A stretch of 64,000 nucleotides of DNA from Paraphysomonas bandaiensis (GCA_965644295.1 CBFFRP010000363.1:248001-312000), one strand, 5' to 3'; shown: positions 12,184 to 25,925, counted from the stretch's first letter. The notes: generated by a model from the letters alone, not told the origin. A program made the numbers and translations.

Positions 12184-14251
12184 TTAGAAAGTCATAATCT
12201 GCACATTATCATCAGTTTCCATTCCCTTACGATTCGGCTTCATATCGGCTTTGTATGACGAATCTTCCTTGGCGTCTGCCCGGTCGAAGCTCATACTCTC
12301 CCCACCGAACGCGTTTCTCTTAGCCTCTGGGCGCCTATCACTCTCCTTCCGTTGAAGCGAACTTTCAACATCGACATCTTTTGAATCATCGCCTTTGGAC
12401 TGTTTGGCACCCGCAGTGCCACTTCCTAGAGCCGGCCCACCAAAACTAAACCCTGATTCGAGTGGTTGCAGCGCCTAAATGCACGACATGTGCCGTTAAT
12501 GATGAAGCAGCAAAAATAACAACTAATATGCAACAAAGGTAACCTCGAGGTTGCCGCGGTTCGTACTCTTCATTGGTGCCAAATCCACGTGAGAAATGTG
12601 GGTCACTGCCACGGCTGTCGCTTCAACAGCGTCGCCTCCATCGTAGTCGTAAGCGGGCGCAGGTCCCAAAGCATCGAGATTGTAGTGACTGGACTTGCCA
12701 GCATCTTGTTTCTTGAAATCAACAATCTGTTTAAATATATGGAACAAGATATGTTTTGCAGTGCGTTCCCCGAAGGGCAATTCAGCAGATACTCCCAGAA
12801 TGTCACCTGATTCGGCAACATAGTACTCGAGATCTTCCTCCCCATTTGTACATTTGTTTGTAAGCTGGGCAAGTCGAAGGGACTCCTTGGCAAAGTGTTC
12901 GTCAAGGTCAAATTGATCCAGAGCAGGAGGAGGAGGTTCTCTCATGGCAGGGGGGAATATAGCTGGGGCAAGTTTGGGCAAGGGGCACTCGAATTGAGGG
13001 GGGATAAGAGTTAATGGGTCGTGTGGAACACCGAGGGTCTGATACAATCGCACAGCCTCTGGTATTAAAATGGTGTCAAAGGAAAACATTTTGCTTTCAA
13101 AGAGACGCGTGAAATCCTTGGGTAGTTCTTCCATTCCTTGCAAACAAGGCTTGACTGTACTGGAAAGAGATTCCACGTGCGGTATACGGGTGTAGTCCCA
13201 CAGCAGTTCTCCATCATGTCTATCTGTCGTCATATCGACTTCAAGATCACTGAGAAGCCAAGAAAATATCATATCACTCAATTTGGCATTCTCTTCTTTG
13301 TCCAACCAGTCGTCACCAAAAATATCCACTGAGCCAACCACCACCATGCGACCGCGGAGAGCCCCTACTTCAGCAACCGTTTCGGATTCCCAAACGGCCG
13401 CTATAGGACGATTCATAGGATAAGAAATGGGCCCTGACGAAAGAAGGGGGCGGGAAGGACGCTGTACATTCAAAGATACGCCGTAAGGGTACACAAAAGC
13501 GAGTTTCTGATCAGCAGTTTGAGCATTCGCCTTCGAACCTTTTTCAGACCCCTTACTAGCTGTTGGCGCTGCTTTACGGGAGCCTGCTAGCGTTGTCATG
13601 TTCTGACAAACTAAAGTTTAACAACATCGTGAAAACAAAATCAGACGACGTACCTTCTTTCTAGCCAAATCAGGAACTAAGACACCATCTGCAATGTAGA
13701 CCTCTTTTGGATGTAAATATTTATAATATACACTTCTCATTACACTGTCACTATTACAACCAATACCATAACTGCGAAACTGTGATTGTACAATAACTCT
13801 AGTCATGTATATTTATACCTTTCTAAGAAATTTTTAACGTTAACATTATCCTCAACATCACCCCCATCAGTGGCCATCATCAAGATTCGGCCGCCCCCAT
13901 TTAGCCAACTAGTTAGGTCAGATATTTCTGACGCAGTAAACTCTTCCCTAGGAGCCCCAAACACAATCAGTGATGCATCAGCTAATGTATCGCGTGATAT
14001 CTCCTCTTTGTTACTGAATCAAATGTATTAAATATTATCATCCAAACAAACACAAACTCACGCTGCAACTTTATAATTCGTTCGAAGTCTACGAAACAAC
14101 TTCTTAAACCCGTTACTTAAATGATGAGTCTCCTTCTTAGCGGCATCGATTAAGATTATTTTCTATAACAATCAGTGTGTAATATGAGCCTCATAGTTTT
14201 CAGTTGCTGTGTATAATGAACCTTCACTTTATCGGAGTCTGTAGCTGTCAT
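12184..14251 (-). CDS. IFT52: intraflagellar transport protein 52, multi-exon
   Basis: KYLHPKE, FVYPYGVSLNV, LSSGPISYPMNRP, LIPPQFECPLP, PPPALDQFDLDEHF, RLAQLTNKC. Confidence 0.95.
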
Positions 14252-14717
14252 AGTTGATATACTGGTTGGAGAATAGTCAAAACAATGGCATCCTTGACAG
14301 TCAAATCTATGCAATTGCTGTTCAATATGGCATCCACCGGAGTGTACAGCACATGTATGTATGTGTGTAGTGGAATCAAGTGCAGAGCCAGCAAACTGAG
14401 CGATATTCAAACTCACACTCAGAGCAGAGCAGAGCAGCGTACAGCATAACTGTTACATGCACACATCAGCAGCACTGTCCTCTCCGAGTATACAGCCATG
14501 TATACAGTATGTATTTAGTTTGCATCCTGCTGATGGTGATGTCAATCGTCACAAGCCAAATTTCGGTGCAGAAGTTTACCATATGTACTGTATTCTCCTC
14601 TATACAGTGATATACAGTTAGTTTAAAGAATTCTGTGACATAAAAGTCGCCTGTATTCTGGATATACACTGTGTATATGTACACAGTGCAGCATATGTCT
14701 AGCATATACTTCTAGTG

Positions 14718-14749
<32 letters not shown>

Positions 14750-15037
14750 TGTATGTGTATCTGCCCATAAGAAGCTCACTGAAGCTCTTGACAGTTCATT
14801 CTGTTTATAGCCTCCTCCACTGCATCATCACCATCCTATCCGTCGAGCAGACCTCCTCTCCTATCAATCTAGTGGAGTGTACTGTATATCCCCCACTCTT
14901 ATATCGCGATATACACCAACTCAACCGACTCATCGCACCACATACAGATATATATATACACATACACATATATATATATATATATATATGACTGATACTC
15001 CTCACCACTAGAGATATAAACATATCAGTATACTCAG

Positions 15038-16759
15038 ATGCTCTACACTCAATCTGCAATACAGCGAGCTCATTCAAGAGACAGCTTCTCGTTTGTAGTG
15101 AATAACGGCAGCAAGGAGAACAGCGGCGTTACAGAGAGAAAACCGTTTTTCGTCCCATCTTCTTTTGTTAAGCTTGTAGAGTATGGTGAATTCGGTCTCA
15201 TTTCGAAAGAGGTTTGGATCTCATATTTCGACTTATTAATCACTGATTTTTGTGCAGCATTGTTACACTCTTTCTTGGCTTCAGAGACTCTTTCTCACAT
15301 TTGATCAGCCAGATTCATGGTCGGCATCTATACTATTATTCATTGCATTTCATAACATCTTTTCATACCACAGTATACTTGGAGAAATAATTTCGATAGT
15401 GATGATGATAGTTATTGCATTCAGCTGTACGAGCTACGTATTGTCATCTGATCCAGGATTTAGGTATCACCCTACCGTTTCGATTTCTGTTATAAACATT
15501 GCAATGTCATGGCTATTACTTGTTGTTATTTATCCAATTAGGCCGCTATTATTGTAATCTCTCTTTACAGAAACAAGCCATCTTCCTGCGATGACCCAGT
15601 TTGTGACAATGACCCAGAATTATGTCCCAATACTATAATGTGTGAGCCTGTAGAAGAGCCCATTTTTGAACTATTTGAAACGATCTGTATTTCCATCTTC
15701 ACTGTAGACTATGTTATACGAATTCTCACTGTGCCACTAATGCCAAGTCGGTTGGCCAATATCCTACCTGCTGACTGGGATACGCTTGACAACCCACTCG
15801 GTACTAAACCCGATCCAACGTATTCATGGTACACTCAGCTATTGAAGTATGCCAGCACTATTATGAATATCATTGATCTTGTCGCGATATTACCATACTA
15901 CATAGGGTTTGCGACGGACTCAGGTGGTTCTGTGTCAATTGTACGTATTCTGCGCCTTGCTCGAGTTCTCCGAATATTCAAAATAGGAAGCTTTACTTCT
16001 GGAATGAATTTGATCGCTGGTGCGGTCAGGAACTCCATTCCTGCGATGAGTATACTTCTATTCTGCACCATTCTAGGAATCATATTGTTTGGGTCCATTA
16101 TTTACTTTCTCGAAGCCGGAACTTACGTAGTGAACAAAGATTTTCCGGACGGTGCATACGTGCGTTGGAATTTCGACCATACCGCCAAAGAGAACAGTCC
16201 GTTCACGTCTATTCTCGTTTCTTGTTACTGGGCAGTTGTAACATCTACCACAGTAGGCTATGGAGATATCCATCCCACATCACCTATGGGTCGGTTTCTG
16301 GCGGTGATACTAATGTATGCGGGTATACTGCTGCTAGCATTGCCAATCAGTGTCGTTGGAGCAGCCTTTACTAGAGAATACGAGAAGTATCATTCAAAGA
16401 GTGCCGAGAACGCTGATGATCGATCGAGTGTGGCAACATTCAAACGAAATGCAGAACCTCCTATTCATGATACCCGCATTCCCGCGAACGATACTGCTTT
16501 TATAAAGTATCGCGAACGGGAGGACATGTTGCGAGCCCTTAGTGAAATGTCATGTCAGTTGACCGATATGACTACGAGAGTAAATGCAATGATGCTGGTG
16601 CTGACACGAGATCATGAAGAAGTAGTCACCGAGGAAAAGTTTGAAGGAAGTGGCAAGCGAGTTAACTTTACTCGCATGAATTCAAACGGACATCCACGAA
16701 TGGTTTCTGAAGGTGTCGAATTGGTTCCCGGAGAGAATATATCTGGTCCTCAAGGTTAA
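15038..16759 (+). CDS. voltage-gated K+ channel (6TM, Shaker-like), multi-exon 5' part
   Basis: NIIDLVAILPYY (S3), RILRLARVLRIFK (S4), TTVGYGD filter, LALPISVV (S6); start codon tentative. Confidence 0.9.
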
Positions 16760-17103
16760 AGCGACTTTGGTAACGCATCTAGTTGCTGGGTTGTTAACGT
16801 GTAGATTGTGTGTTAGTATTTGTGTCTTCTATACAACGAGGACTGTGTGATAGAATGTTCATGAGAAAAAGAGTAGGAAGTATGTAGTGTCATTGTTGTG
16901 ATTGCCATTTAGATAGTTAAAGAATAAAGCGCAGTGCTATCGTCAGTAATTCCATCGATGGTGCCAGAGTTTTATTCTATCGTATGATAAAAAAAAATCA
17001 AAAGAGGTACAACATTAAGTGGGTATATCATAACATATGTACTACCACAGCAACGCCGTATGATAACTACGCAGTTATTTAGCGCCATTAATGACAAAAC
17101 TTA

Positions 17104-18982
17104 TTACACATTAAATCTAAACAACACTACGTCGCCATCTTTCATTATATAATCACGGCCTTCACTTCTAATTAATCCTTTTTCTTTCGCTGCCTTTTCT
17201 CCTCCTGCATCTACATAGGTATCATAGTCACACGTCTCGGCTCTGATGAACCCCCTCTGAAAATCGGTATGAATTACTCCCGCTGCCTGCAGAAGAACCC
17301 AATTAGGGCATTATGAATTATACATGTCCCATTTACTAATATACTATTCGTCAGCTAGCTCAACACGTCAGAGCATTTTGTAAACCTATGAACGGGATAT
17401 GGCACATTTCTAAGAGCCATATTGTACACTACTATGTCGTATACCTCAGGAGCAGTTGCACCCTTCTTTACAGTCCAAGCTCTTGTTTCTGTTGGGCCAG
17501 AAGTATAGAATGTCTGTAGACCAAGAACATCATATGCTACTTTGACCAAACCCTACGCAAGAAAGTTAACAGTTTCAAATATATATATAAACCACAGAGC
17601 GTTTATCACATGCAGTTCGTTGCAATGCTGTAAATGTGATGTATACTATGCAATGCATTTATGTACTTATTGAAATTCCCAATTGAAAAGCCCCTTACCT
17701 TCAAACCACATTCTTCATCAACCACTCCCAACTGATCCAGAAAATCCGCACGCTCAGAAGGGTCAAATCCACTCAGTTCAGATTCTACCTACTCTCCAAA
17801 ACACATTAAACGGCATTATTCTAAACTATCAGCATTCAATATTGCTGTAAACACCCCAATAATAGAGCAGAATCGAATGCACGCAAAACATAGTTGAAGT
17901 GAACCCACCTGGGCTGATACAAGAACAAATTCGCTTTTGTCCTTTTTCGCATAAGCTTTTACAAGTTCCGACATCTCATTACCTGTGGCGAGATCACTAT
18001 CGGCGACGTTGGCAGCGTATATAACCTACACCACCGTAAAAAATACGCTAGCAGATATGTTGGACACCTCTCATGAAATTCACTCAAAAACAGAAGAAAT
18101 ATAGCTAAAACAATGCATACTTTCTTCATAGTTAGAAGCTTATGCCCTTTAATAATTTCTAGTTCTTGAGAATCGAGTGTTGCAAATCGAGCTGGATTGC
18201 CTGCCTCTAACTGCTCCAGTACCTGCGCAAGGCCACTGAAATATGCATTAAAAGCGCAACAAACACAAATACTTTCTTCAGAGCATCAATTTCTCCAGAA
18301 TTCATCTTCACGTCTTTCATACACTTCGCTAGTCGCTTTTCGATCTGCGAGACGTCAATAATAAGTATATAGGAAGAACAAATAGAGTCGTGACATACCT
18401 GAGACAGGTCTGCTAATATGAGCTCAATGTTTATAACATCCATATCACGCGCAGGATCAACAGTATCGTCCACTACATATAGTATAAGCAAAGAAATAGG
18501 AATTCGGCTACGTAGTATACCGTGGATGATATTGACGTCTTCAAAGCAGCGGACAACTTGAACTATTGCATCCGTATTTCGAATGTTGGAAAGGAACTTA
18601 TTTCCCAAACCAGCCCCCTCGCTTGCACCCTTCACAATGCCTGCAATATCCACAAACTCCATCGAAGTGTGCGTCACTTTCTCCGATTTGTTGACCTCGC
18701 CTAACTTGTATAGTCTGGGGTCAGGCACATTCACATTGCCAGAGTTCGGCTCTATCGTACAGAACGGATAATTCGCAGCCTGCGCCTGATTGATACGTGA
18801 ATCGATCTCTGCTACAAGATAACATTTCGTACCATAGAATTGCCAACAAGAGCATTGAACAGTGTGCTCTTGCCGACATTAGGCAGGCCCACTATACCTG
18901 TCTGCAGACACCTGCTTATGATGCACCCACCCTGCCTCATGACACTGTGTCGGACGTGTTTCGTGAAAGTGTATGCCAACAT
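17104..18982 (-). CDS. ychF: Obg-like ATPase YchF/OLA1, probably organelle-targeted, multi-exon
   Basis: [72 protein letters not shown]; basic N-terminal extension. Confidence 0.95.
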
Positions 18983-19092
18983 GATGGTGTGCACGGAAAT
19001 GTATGAGTTGAGTGAAGTGAAGTGCCGTGACTGAGTGGGAGAGTGCTTTGTTCCTGTTAATATATATGTACATACATCTCCTACCCTATGTC

Positions 19093-20221
19093 CACACACA
19101 CACACACACACACACATACACACATACATACATACATACATACATACATACATACATACATACATACATACATACATACATACATACATACATACATACA
19201 TACATACATACATACATACATACATACATACATACATACATACATACATACATACATACATACATACATACATACATACATACATACATACATACATACA
19301 TACATACATTCATACATACATACATACATACATACATACATACATACATACATACATACATACATACATACATACATACATACATACATACATACATACA
19401 TACATACATACATACATACATACATACATACATACATACATACATACATACATACATACATACATACATACATACATACATACATACATACATACATACA
19501 TACATACATACATACATACATACATACATACATACATACATACATACATACATACATACATACATACATACATACATACATACATACATACATACATACA
19601 TACATACATACATACATACATACATACATACATACATACATACATACATACATACACATACATACATACATACATACATACATACATACATACATACATA
19701 CATACATACATACATACATACATACATACATACATACATACATACATACATACATACATACATACATACATACATACATACATACATACATACATACATA
19801 CATACATACATACATACATACATACATACATACATACATACATACATACATACATACATACATACATACATACATACATACATACATACATACATACATA
19901 CATACATACATACATACATACATACATACATACATACATACATACATACATACATACATACATACATACATACATACATACATACATACATACATACATA
20001 CATACATACATACATACATACATACATACATACATACATACATACATACATACATACATACATACATACATACATACATACATACATACATACATACATA
20101 CATACATACATACATACATACATACATACATACATACATACATACATACATACATACATACATACATACATACATACATACATACATACATACATACATA
20201 CATACATACATACATACATAC
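19093..20221. repeat. (CA)n + (TACA)n microsatellite, ~1.1 kb
   Basis: Near-perfect tetranucleotide array. Confidence 0.99.
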
Positions 20222-20370
20222 TTTATTATCGAATCAATTACAAGAAATTCGGATTCTCGGAGTATGATTAGTCGGATGCACTCTTGTTGTGTATATATGT
20301 GTATGTGTGTATGAGAATGAGTCTTATTTAATCATGATACTCAACATGAGTGACGTGTAACCATAGTAGC

Positions 20371-22258
20371 ATGCAATGTATTGCCCTATATATCCTCATC
20401 AACTCCCTCTTGTTCTCTGTTGTTAGCTCATATTTATCTCTGAGGTTTAATAGCGGCGACAGAGTGATTCATGTACGCATCACAGAGACAGAGAGATGGC
20501 TCAGCGTATGCAATCAAAGTCTTATGTATTTCAACGATAGACTACAGCGACTGTATGTTAGCACAGTCATTGCCAGAGAGGTGAAGCGTATGGATCTTCC
20601 CGACTATAAGAGGTTGATTCACAGATTTGCAGTCAGAATTTAACTCTGATATCAGTTTTGGCGTTAAGTTTCGTGGATCCAATCACTCGATATTGAATTT
20701 TGTCGTTAAGGAAGGTGATGATACGGGTCAAGTTGTACACAGTACAATGAAAAGCCTTAATCTGACCTCCGCAGAAGGTATTGAATTAGCCCACGCACTT
20801 TCGAAACATGTTTCTGCGGTATAGCCTCCTTGTAGTGTGCTTATTGTGTATTGACTGGTATGAAGGATAGTATTGGAAATCCGAAATGGGTTGAATGGAG
20901 GCGTTATACCGGAGGATTATGGTATCTGTGGTCACAGACCTCTTCGAATCCCTCTCGAGACTTTTATTCTGTCTTGCCATCATGTGGTTCTAATTTATTT
21001 CCTCCACGTTATAAAGCGCCAATGAAGCCTACTCCAACTATTCCGTTTGAATCAAGTAGTGCATCAAGTTTTATTGAAGAAGCGTCGATTACTATCGCCG
21101 TTACCACTTGTCGAAGGCCAGTTTTGTTTGCCGCTTCTTTGAGGGCTTTAAGAGAGGTTCGTAAAACGGCGACTTCATATCCATTATAAATATGAACACA
21201 GTGAAAAAACGTAGATGATACGTCTTGCACTATTTGGTGAGTAGCTAATTCTATTATGTTCTTTCAGTCTCTTGGTGGGAAGTTGACCACTCTATCTTGG
21301 AGGGACGGGGGGGTAGATATTCTCCAAGTATTAGTGGTGGACGATAGTTCCGCTCCCTCGGATCGAGAAAGTATGCTTGAGCTTTTACCGGAATCCGTTT
21401 TTGTTTGCCGTGGCACTGGACGGGGCCATGCCAAATCGCTGAACACAATTCTGCGCATGGTTTCAACTCGATATCTGTTTTATCTGGAAGATGACTGGAG
21501 GGCGATATCTACCCCAATCTTGTCTCGCAGTTTGAGCACATCCGTTGGTTTATACTCTTCTGAGCAACATGTTCCTCTTCTTCACTCTCTTCTTAGAGGA
21601 GCATTGGAGGTTCTCCGTGACTCTCGATTTTGCGAAAGAAAGGTCGAAAACGACAGCTCCTGTACAGAGCTGATTGCTCAGGTGATAGCTGTATTCATCG
21701 AATATACTACCTCACTGACGCCTGTATTTCAAGGTACATATGAATGAAATTATTACCCACGATTGTTCATATAAGGTTTGGGATGGATCTGATTCTACTC
21801 AGTCGTGTGAGATACTGTCTGAAGTAGGGAGAAGTGGTTGGCCGAGAACAGCTCGTGCTTTTTCCAATAACGGAACCATGGTTGATATTCCTTATGGCTT
21901 ACATGAGTTTGGCTTAACACCGTATACATCCTATGTGTATGGGGGGCGGAATCATGAGTACTCATTCTGGCCAGGGTTTTCACTGAACCCTGCTGTATGG
22001 GATTTAACTTTACTAACAGATCTCCTGGATCGGTGTATGGAAGACAGCAATGTACAGAGTAATCTGTACCCGGGTTCTTACTCGATGGCACTGTTTGATG
22101 AAACCGATATTGAGTTCGAGCACAAGTTCACAGCACTTGTTTATGCTTCCGGTGCTAATATTGCTTATCTACCGGCATATGTGTTTGAACATATTGGGTT
22201 TCAAACATCTGCCTATGCTGAAAGTGGTCAGCAACGGACATGGGATTACTATTCTTAG
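20371..22258 (+). CDS. GT-A fold (GT2-like) glycosyltransferase with signal peptide/anchor, multi-exon
   Basis: ITIAVTTCRR, VLVVDDSS, GHAKSLN, YLFYLEDDW, WPGFSLNP, FEHIG; hydrophobic N-terminus. Confidence 0.7.
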
Positions 22259-22558
22259 ATAGCAATAAACAATGGACGCCAGAGACAGACTTAGCATATT
22301 GTAGATATTTCTAAAAGAAATATCTATCAGTTGGCAGTTCAAGGGAAGTAATTCGATTGCTTATAGATGAAAGCTGGTGATAGCTACCAATAATATATTA
22401 CTCGTCAAAATTTATATACTACTGATGGCTGTCGGTAATTGGGTGAATGTATTGAATACTCTTCTCTGCACCCTCTTTATTGAAGGTGTTGTGTAGGAAA
22501 TTAACACCATTATACATTTGAAGTGAGTAAGCAATACTCAGTTCACATGAAACTATCA

Positions 22559-23002
22559 GTTGTGAATGTCTGATTATTAGCAATAGGCGTGTAAGAGTCA
22601 GAACTATAGTGTAGCAAACAATTTAACTAACTAGTGCTTAACTCTGATATCCTACTATTTGACGCTACGAAAACTGCTTGTGGGTCACCGCAAGCACCAA
22701 GGTGCGACCACTTTTGCTCTCTGTCCTTCAGGTGAAATAGCTTGGATGCTTGACTTCAGTAGGCAGCCCGATACCCGGATGCCCATGAGGTGGGCCCATT
22801 CCCGGATGTCTGTTTACTCGTCAAGGCCCAAAAAAGGTCTACACAAGTGACACTTATATTAGCGTCCCTCTTGTACCACACAAGCATATAGCTATATGTC
22901 TGCTGACTATATATTCGGGTCAAGTTAGTTCCCTGGAGAAATATCATATTATTATCCCCCATAACACCACACGAAAATGTGCGAGCCCGACTTGGTTGAG
23001 GG
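22559..23002 (-). mobile_element. full-length SINE-like retroposon (copy C) with degenerate HDV-like head (22916-23002)
   Basis: Colinear with copies A and B; probable TSD CATGAAACT at 22546-22554 and 23003-23011; J4/2 CUAAC retained. Confidence 0.85.
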
Positions 23003-23533
23003 CATGAAACTCTCTACAATTTCAAAATAAAAAACAGCCACGATCTTATACAGTCACCAGGAAATAGTTTATCGATTATCTCATATCTGATATATTTCTT
23101 GACGCAGCCTTAAACCTACGCGTAATACACAACTTAACTAGCTATTAACTATTTACTACTGTATTTGTCATAACGATTAAACCAATAAACCCAAGAACAT
23201 CTAAGAGTTTAGATTTAACGAAACTGAGATGTAGAATGATAAACTCTTTTTAACAATTGTTCCGTCATCAACAATTCATATACCTTTCGTTGTTGAATCA
23301 CCACTCACACATTTGCATACAATGATATTTTCCTGTGGAATGTGCGAATTATAAGTGGGGAGAATCAATGAGAGAGATTACAGAGTTTTTTTTCAGTATT
23401 AACGGCGGCTTAGTGAATAACCGCAGCATTATAACGTATAAATCTCATTTACTTTCGTATACTAAGAGCAGATCAATTAAGAAATATACAATCAATTATT
23501 AGTACAACTCCAGCAATATAACAGAAGAAATAA

Positions 23534-25723
23534 CTAAATACGGGTTTCCGAATCTGCTTTATCTAGATTGCTAATAATTTCTTTCTCGTCTATAGATTTA
23601 GAAGCTGAAATCTTTTGATTTAACGAATGAGCAATGTCCTGTACTTCTGTGTATTTCCTCGACATGTGCTGTATACCATCCAACGCATTGGATGCAGCTT
23701 GGTCATTTAAAACCATTGTAGATTTCAAAATCACCCTATTTAATACAACTAATGCATCTCTAACTTCTGCATGGTCACTTGACATATTCCTCATACCATA
23801 CAACGCATTACCGACTGCCTGACCAGTTAATTGTGCATCCGACGCCATAATTCGAGCACTGATAGCCGATAAGATATCCCTAACCTCAGTATGATTGCTA
23901 GACATAGAGCCCATTCCGTACAGAGCATTACCTATAGCCTGTCCAGACAGAGACTCCACACTCTCCGATATTTTAATTGTAAGGGCTGAAAGTAGTTGTC
24001 TAACCTCCTCATGTTCAGACGACATCCCTTTCAACCCATACATTGCGTTTCCCACGGACTGTGCACGCAGTATCTCCTTACACGACGAGACTTTATCAGT
24101 AAGTACAGTCAATAGTTCACGAACTGCGTCATGGTCGCTCGACATATTATGCAATCCATAAAGTGCATTTCCAACCGCCTGTCCATCCCAAGGTCCCTTA
24201 GACTCAGATATCTTGTCGGTTAGTATTGAGATGAGCTGCCTAACTTCCACGTGCCTACTTGAGAGGGATTTGAGGCCATATAGAGCATTACTGGTTGCCC
24301 TCATATCCCATATATCGTTAGCCTGTGCAGTCTTGGCAACAAGGGCGACCAAGAGACTCCTCACTTCGGTGTGCTTACTTGACATTCCGCGCAGTCCATA
24401 AAGTGCATTACCCATAGACACTCCTGGGAGAGAATCATTGGACTCTGTGATTTTATCGGTTAATACAGTGATGAGGTCTCTCACTTCAGAATACTTGCTG
24501 GACATCTCTCTCATACCATACAAACAGTTGCCAATATGAAAAAAACTCAAGGGCTCTTTACACTCAGCAATTTTATACTTGAGCACAGACAAGAGGGTTC
24601 TCACTTCTGCATGCTTACTAGACATTCCACGTAGACCATATAAAGAATTCGCTGCAGCAATAGAGTTCAGGGGTTCGGTACAGTCAGATATTTTCACGGT
24701 AAGAGCAGACAGGAGTTCTCGAACTTCTGGGCAATGACTAGATAGATATCGCAGGCCGTACAACGTATTTCCTACTTCGCGAGCCCCAAAATACGAATCC
24801 GACTCGGCTACTTTGATACTTAGAGTATGAACAAGTTTCTTCACCTCTACGGATTCACTTGACATGTAGCGTAGTCCATATATTGCATTTCCAATGTCCA
24901 TGCCACTCCATACATCATTGCTATTGGATATATGTCTATTGAGAATATTTACCATGATGCGAACTTCAGAATGAGAACTTGACATGTTTCTCATACCGTG
25001 CAAAGCGTTGCTATAAACCCGCGGAGGAAGTTTATCACCCGTACTACTTAGGCGATTGATAATTTGCTGTAAGAGTTTTCTAACTTCTGAACAATCACTG
25101 GACAAGGATTTGAACCCATGCAGGGCAATGCACACTGAGTATATATCCAACTTACACGTAGATTTAGCCATTTTCTCAGACAGGGCAGCCACAAGACTTC
25201 TTACTTCAGCAAAGTCAGACGACATCTGTTTAATGTTGAACAACATGTATTTCAAATCTTTGGAACTTAGTACATCTTTAGATTCACTTATACTACGAGC
25301 CAGTAACCCCGCTAACTGTATCACTTCTGTGTTCCGTTGACCGGTAAATCTATGCACCGAGTTAAGAATCGAGATCACACTGCGCATAGAGAGGTGAGTA
25401 TTCAACTCCTGTACTTTCTTATTGAGGGTTTTGAATAGATTGTTCCCATCCGGATGCCGATCACTGAAAGCTTTCATGACACAGAAGGCCTTATCTATCT
25501 CCACACTGGTCATGGGGCTCTCATCAGTGCTGAGCGCATCTGTTATTGTCTTGATCTGATGAGGAGGGGGGGGAGTTTTGTGTTTACCACAGTTATAGAG
25601 GTACAGAGCGATAGATGCAGTGGAGTTGTCTGTTAGTTTGAGTGTACTGAGAGCCCGACCTCTCCTGCACCCCTCCACACACACTGCACCCACACGCCCT
25701 ATAGCGATACTTCTTATTAACAT
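23534..25723 (-). CDS. helical-repeat protein with ~13-15 tandem 40-aa repeats, probable mitochondrial presequence (OPR-like)
   Basis: 729-aa single ORF; repeat consensus xQAVGNALYGLxxMSSxHxEVRxLLxxLxxKIxxS with an exact 40-aa period; Arg-rich N-terminus. Confidence 0.8.
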   Translation of the reverse strand: MLIRSIAIGRVGAVCVEGCRRGRALSTLKLTDNSTASIALYLYNCGKHKTPPPPHQIKTITDALSTDESPMTSVEIDKAFCVMKAFSDRHPDGNNLFKTLNKKVQELNTHLSMRSVISILNSVHRFTGQRNTEVIQLAGLLARSISESKDVLSSKDLKYMLFNIKQMSSDFAEVRSLVAALSEKMAKSTCKLDIYSVCIALHGFKSLSSDCSEVRKLLQQIINRLSSTGDKLPPRVYSNALHGMRNMSSSHSEVRIMVNILNRHISNSNDVWSGMDIGNAIYGLRYMSSESVEVKKLVHTLSIKVAESDSYFGAREVGNTLYGLRYLSSHCPEVRELLSALTVKISDCTEPLNSIAAANSLYGLRGMSSKHAEVRTLLSVLKYKIAECKEPLSFFHIGNCLYGMREMSSKYSEVRDLITVLTDKITESNDSLPGVSMGNALYGLRGMSSKHTEVRSLLVALVAKTAQANDIWDMRATSNALYGLKSLSSRHVEVRQLISILTDKISESKGPWDGQAVGNALYGLHNMSSDHDAVRELLTVLTDKVSSCKEILRAQSVGNAMYGLKGMSSEHEEVRQLLSALTIKISESVESLSGQAIGNALYGMGSMSSNHTEVRDILSAISARIMASDAQLTGQAVGNALYGMRNMSSDHAEVRDALVVLNRVILKSTMVLNDQAASNALDGIQHMSRKYTEVQDIAHSLNQKISASKSIDEKEIISNLDKADSETRI

Positions 25724-25907
25724 CTCTATCGTCTACTCTACCTGTACATGTATTGGAGTGGTGGGTGGTGATAGAGAGCGAGATCTGGAGGCATGGGTGT
25801 GTATATTCCTCCTATAGGCTGCTGGGATGTGTGTGTATGCGGCGGTATGGGGATGTCCATGTGTGTGTATGGTGTACACAGTTCCATATACAGCGTATAC
25901 ATCTCAG

Positions 25908-25925
25908 TATACAGCAGTATGTCCA
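25908..25925 (+). promoter_or_regulatory. candidate core-promoter element TATACAGCAGTATGTCCA
   Basis: Identical to 7863-7880; lies in a divergent intergenic region, upstream of nicastrin. Confidence 0.5.

Noticed and set aside
19027-20314. Long HTYI/MYVC-repeat ORFs (also 43474-44396)
   Set aside because: Stop-free translations of (TACA)n microsatellites in nearly all frames; not genes.
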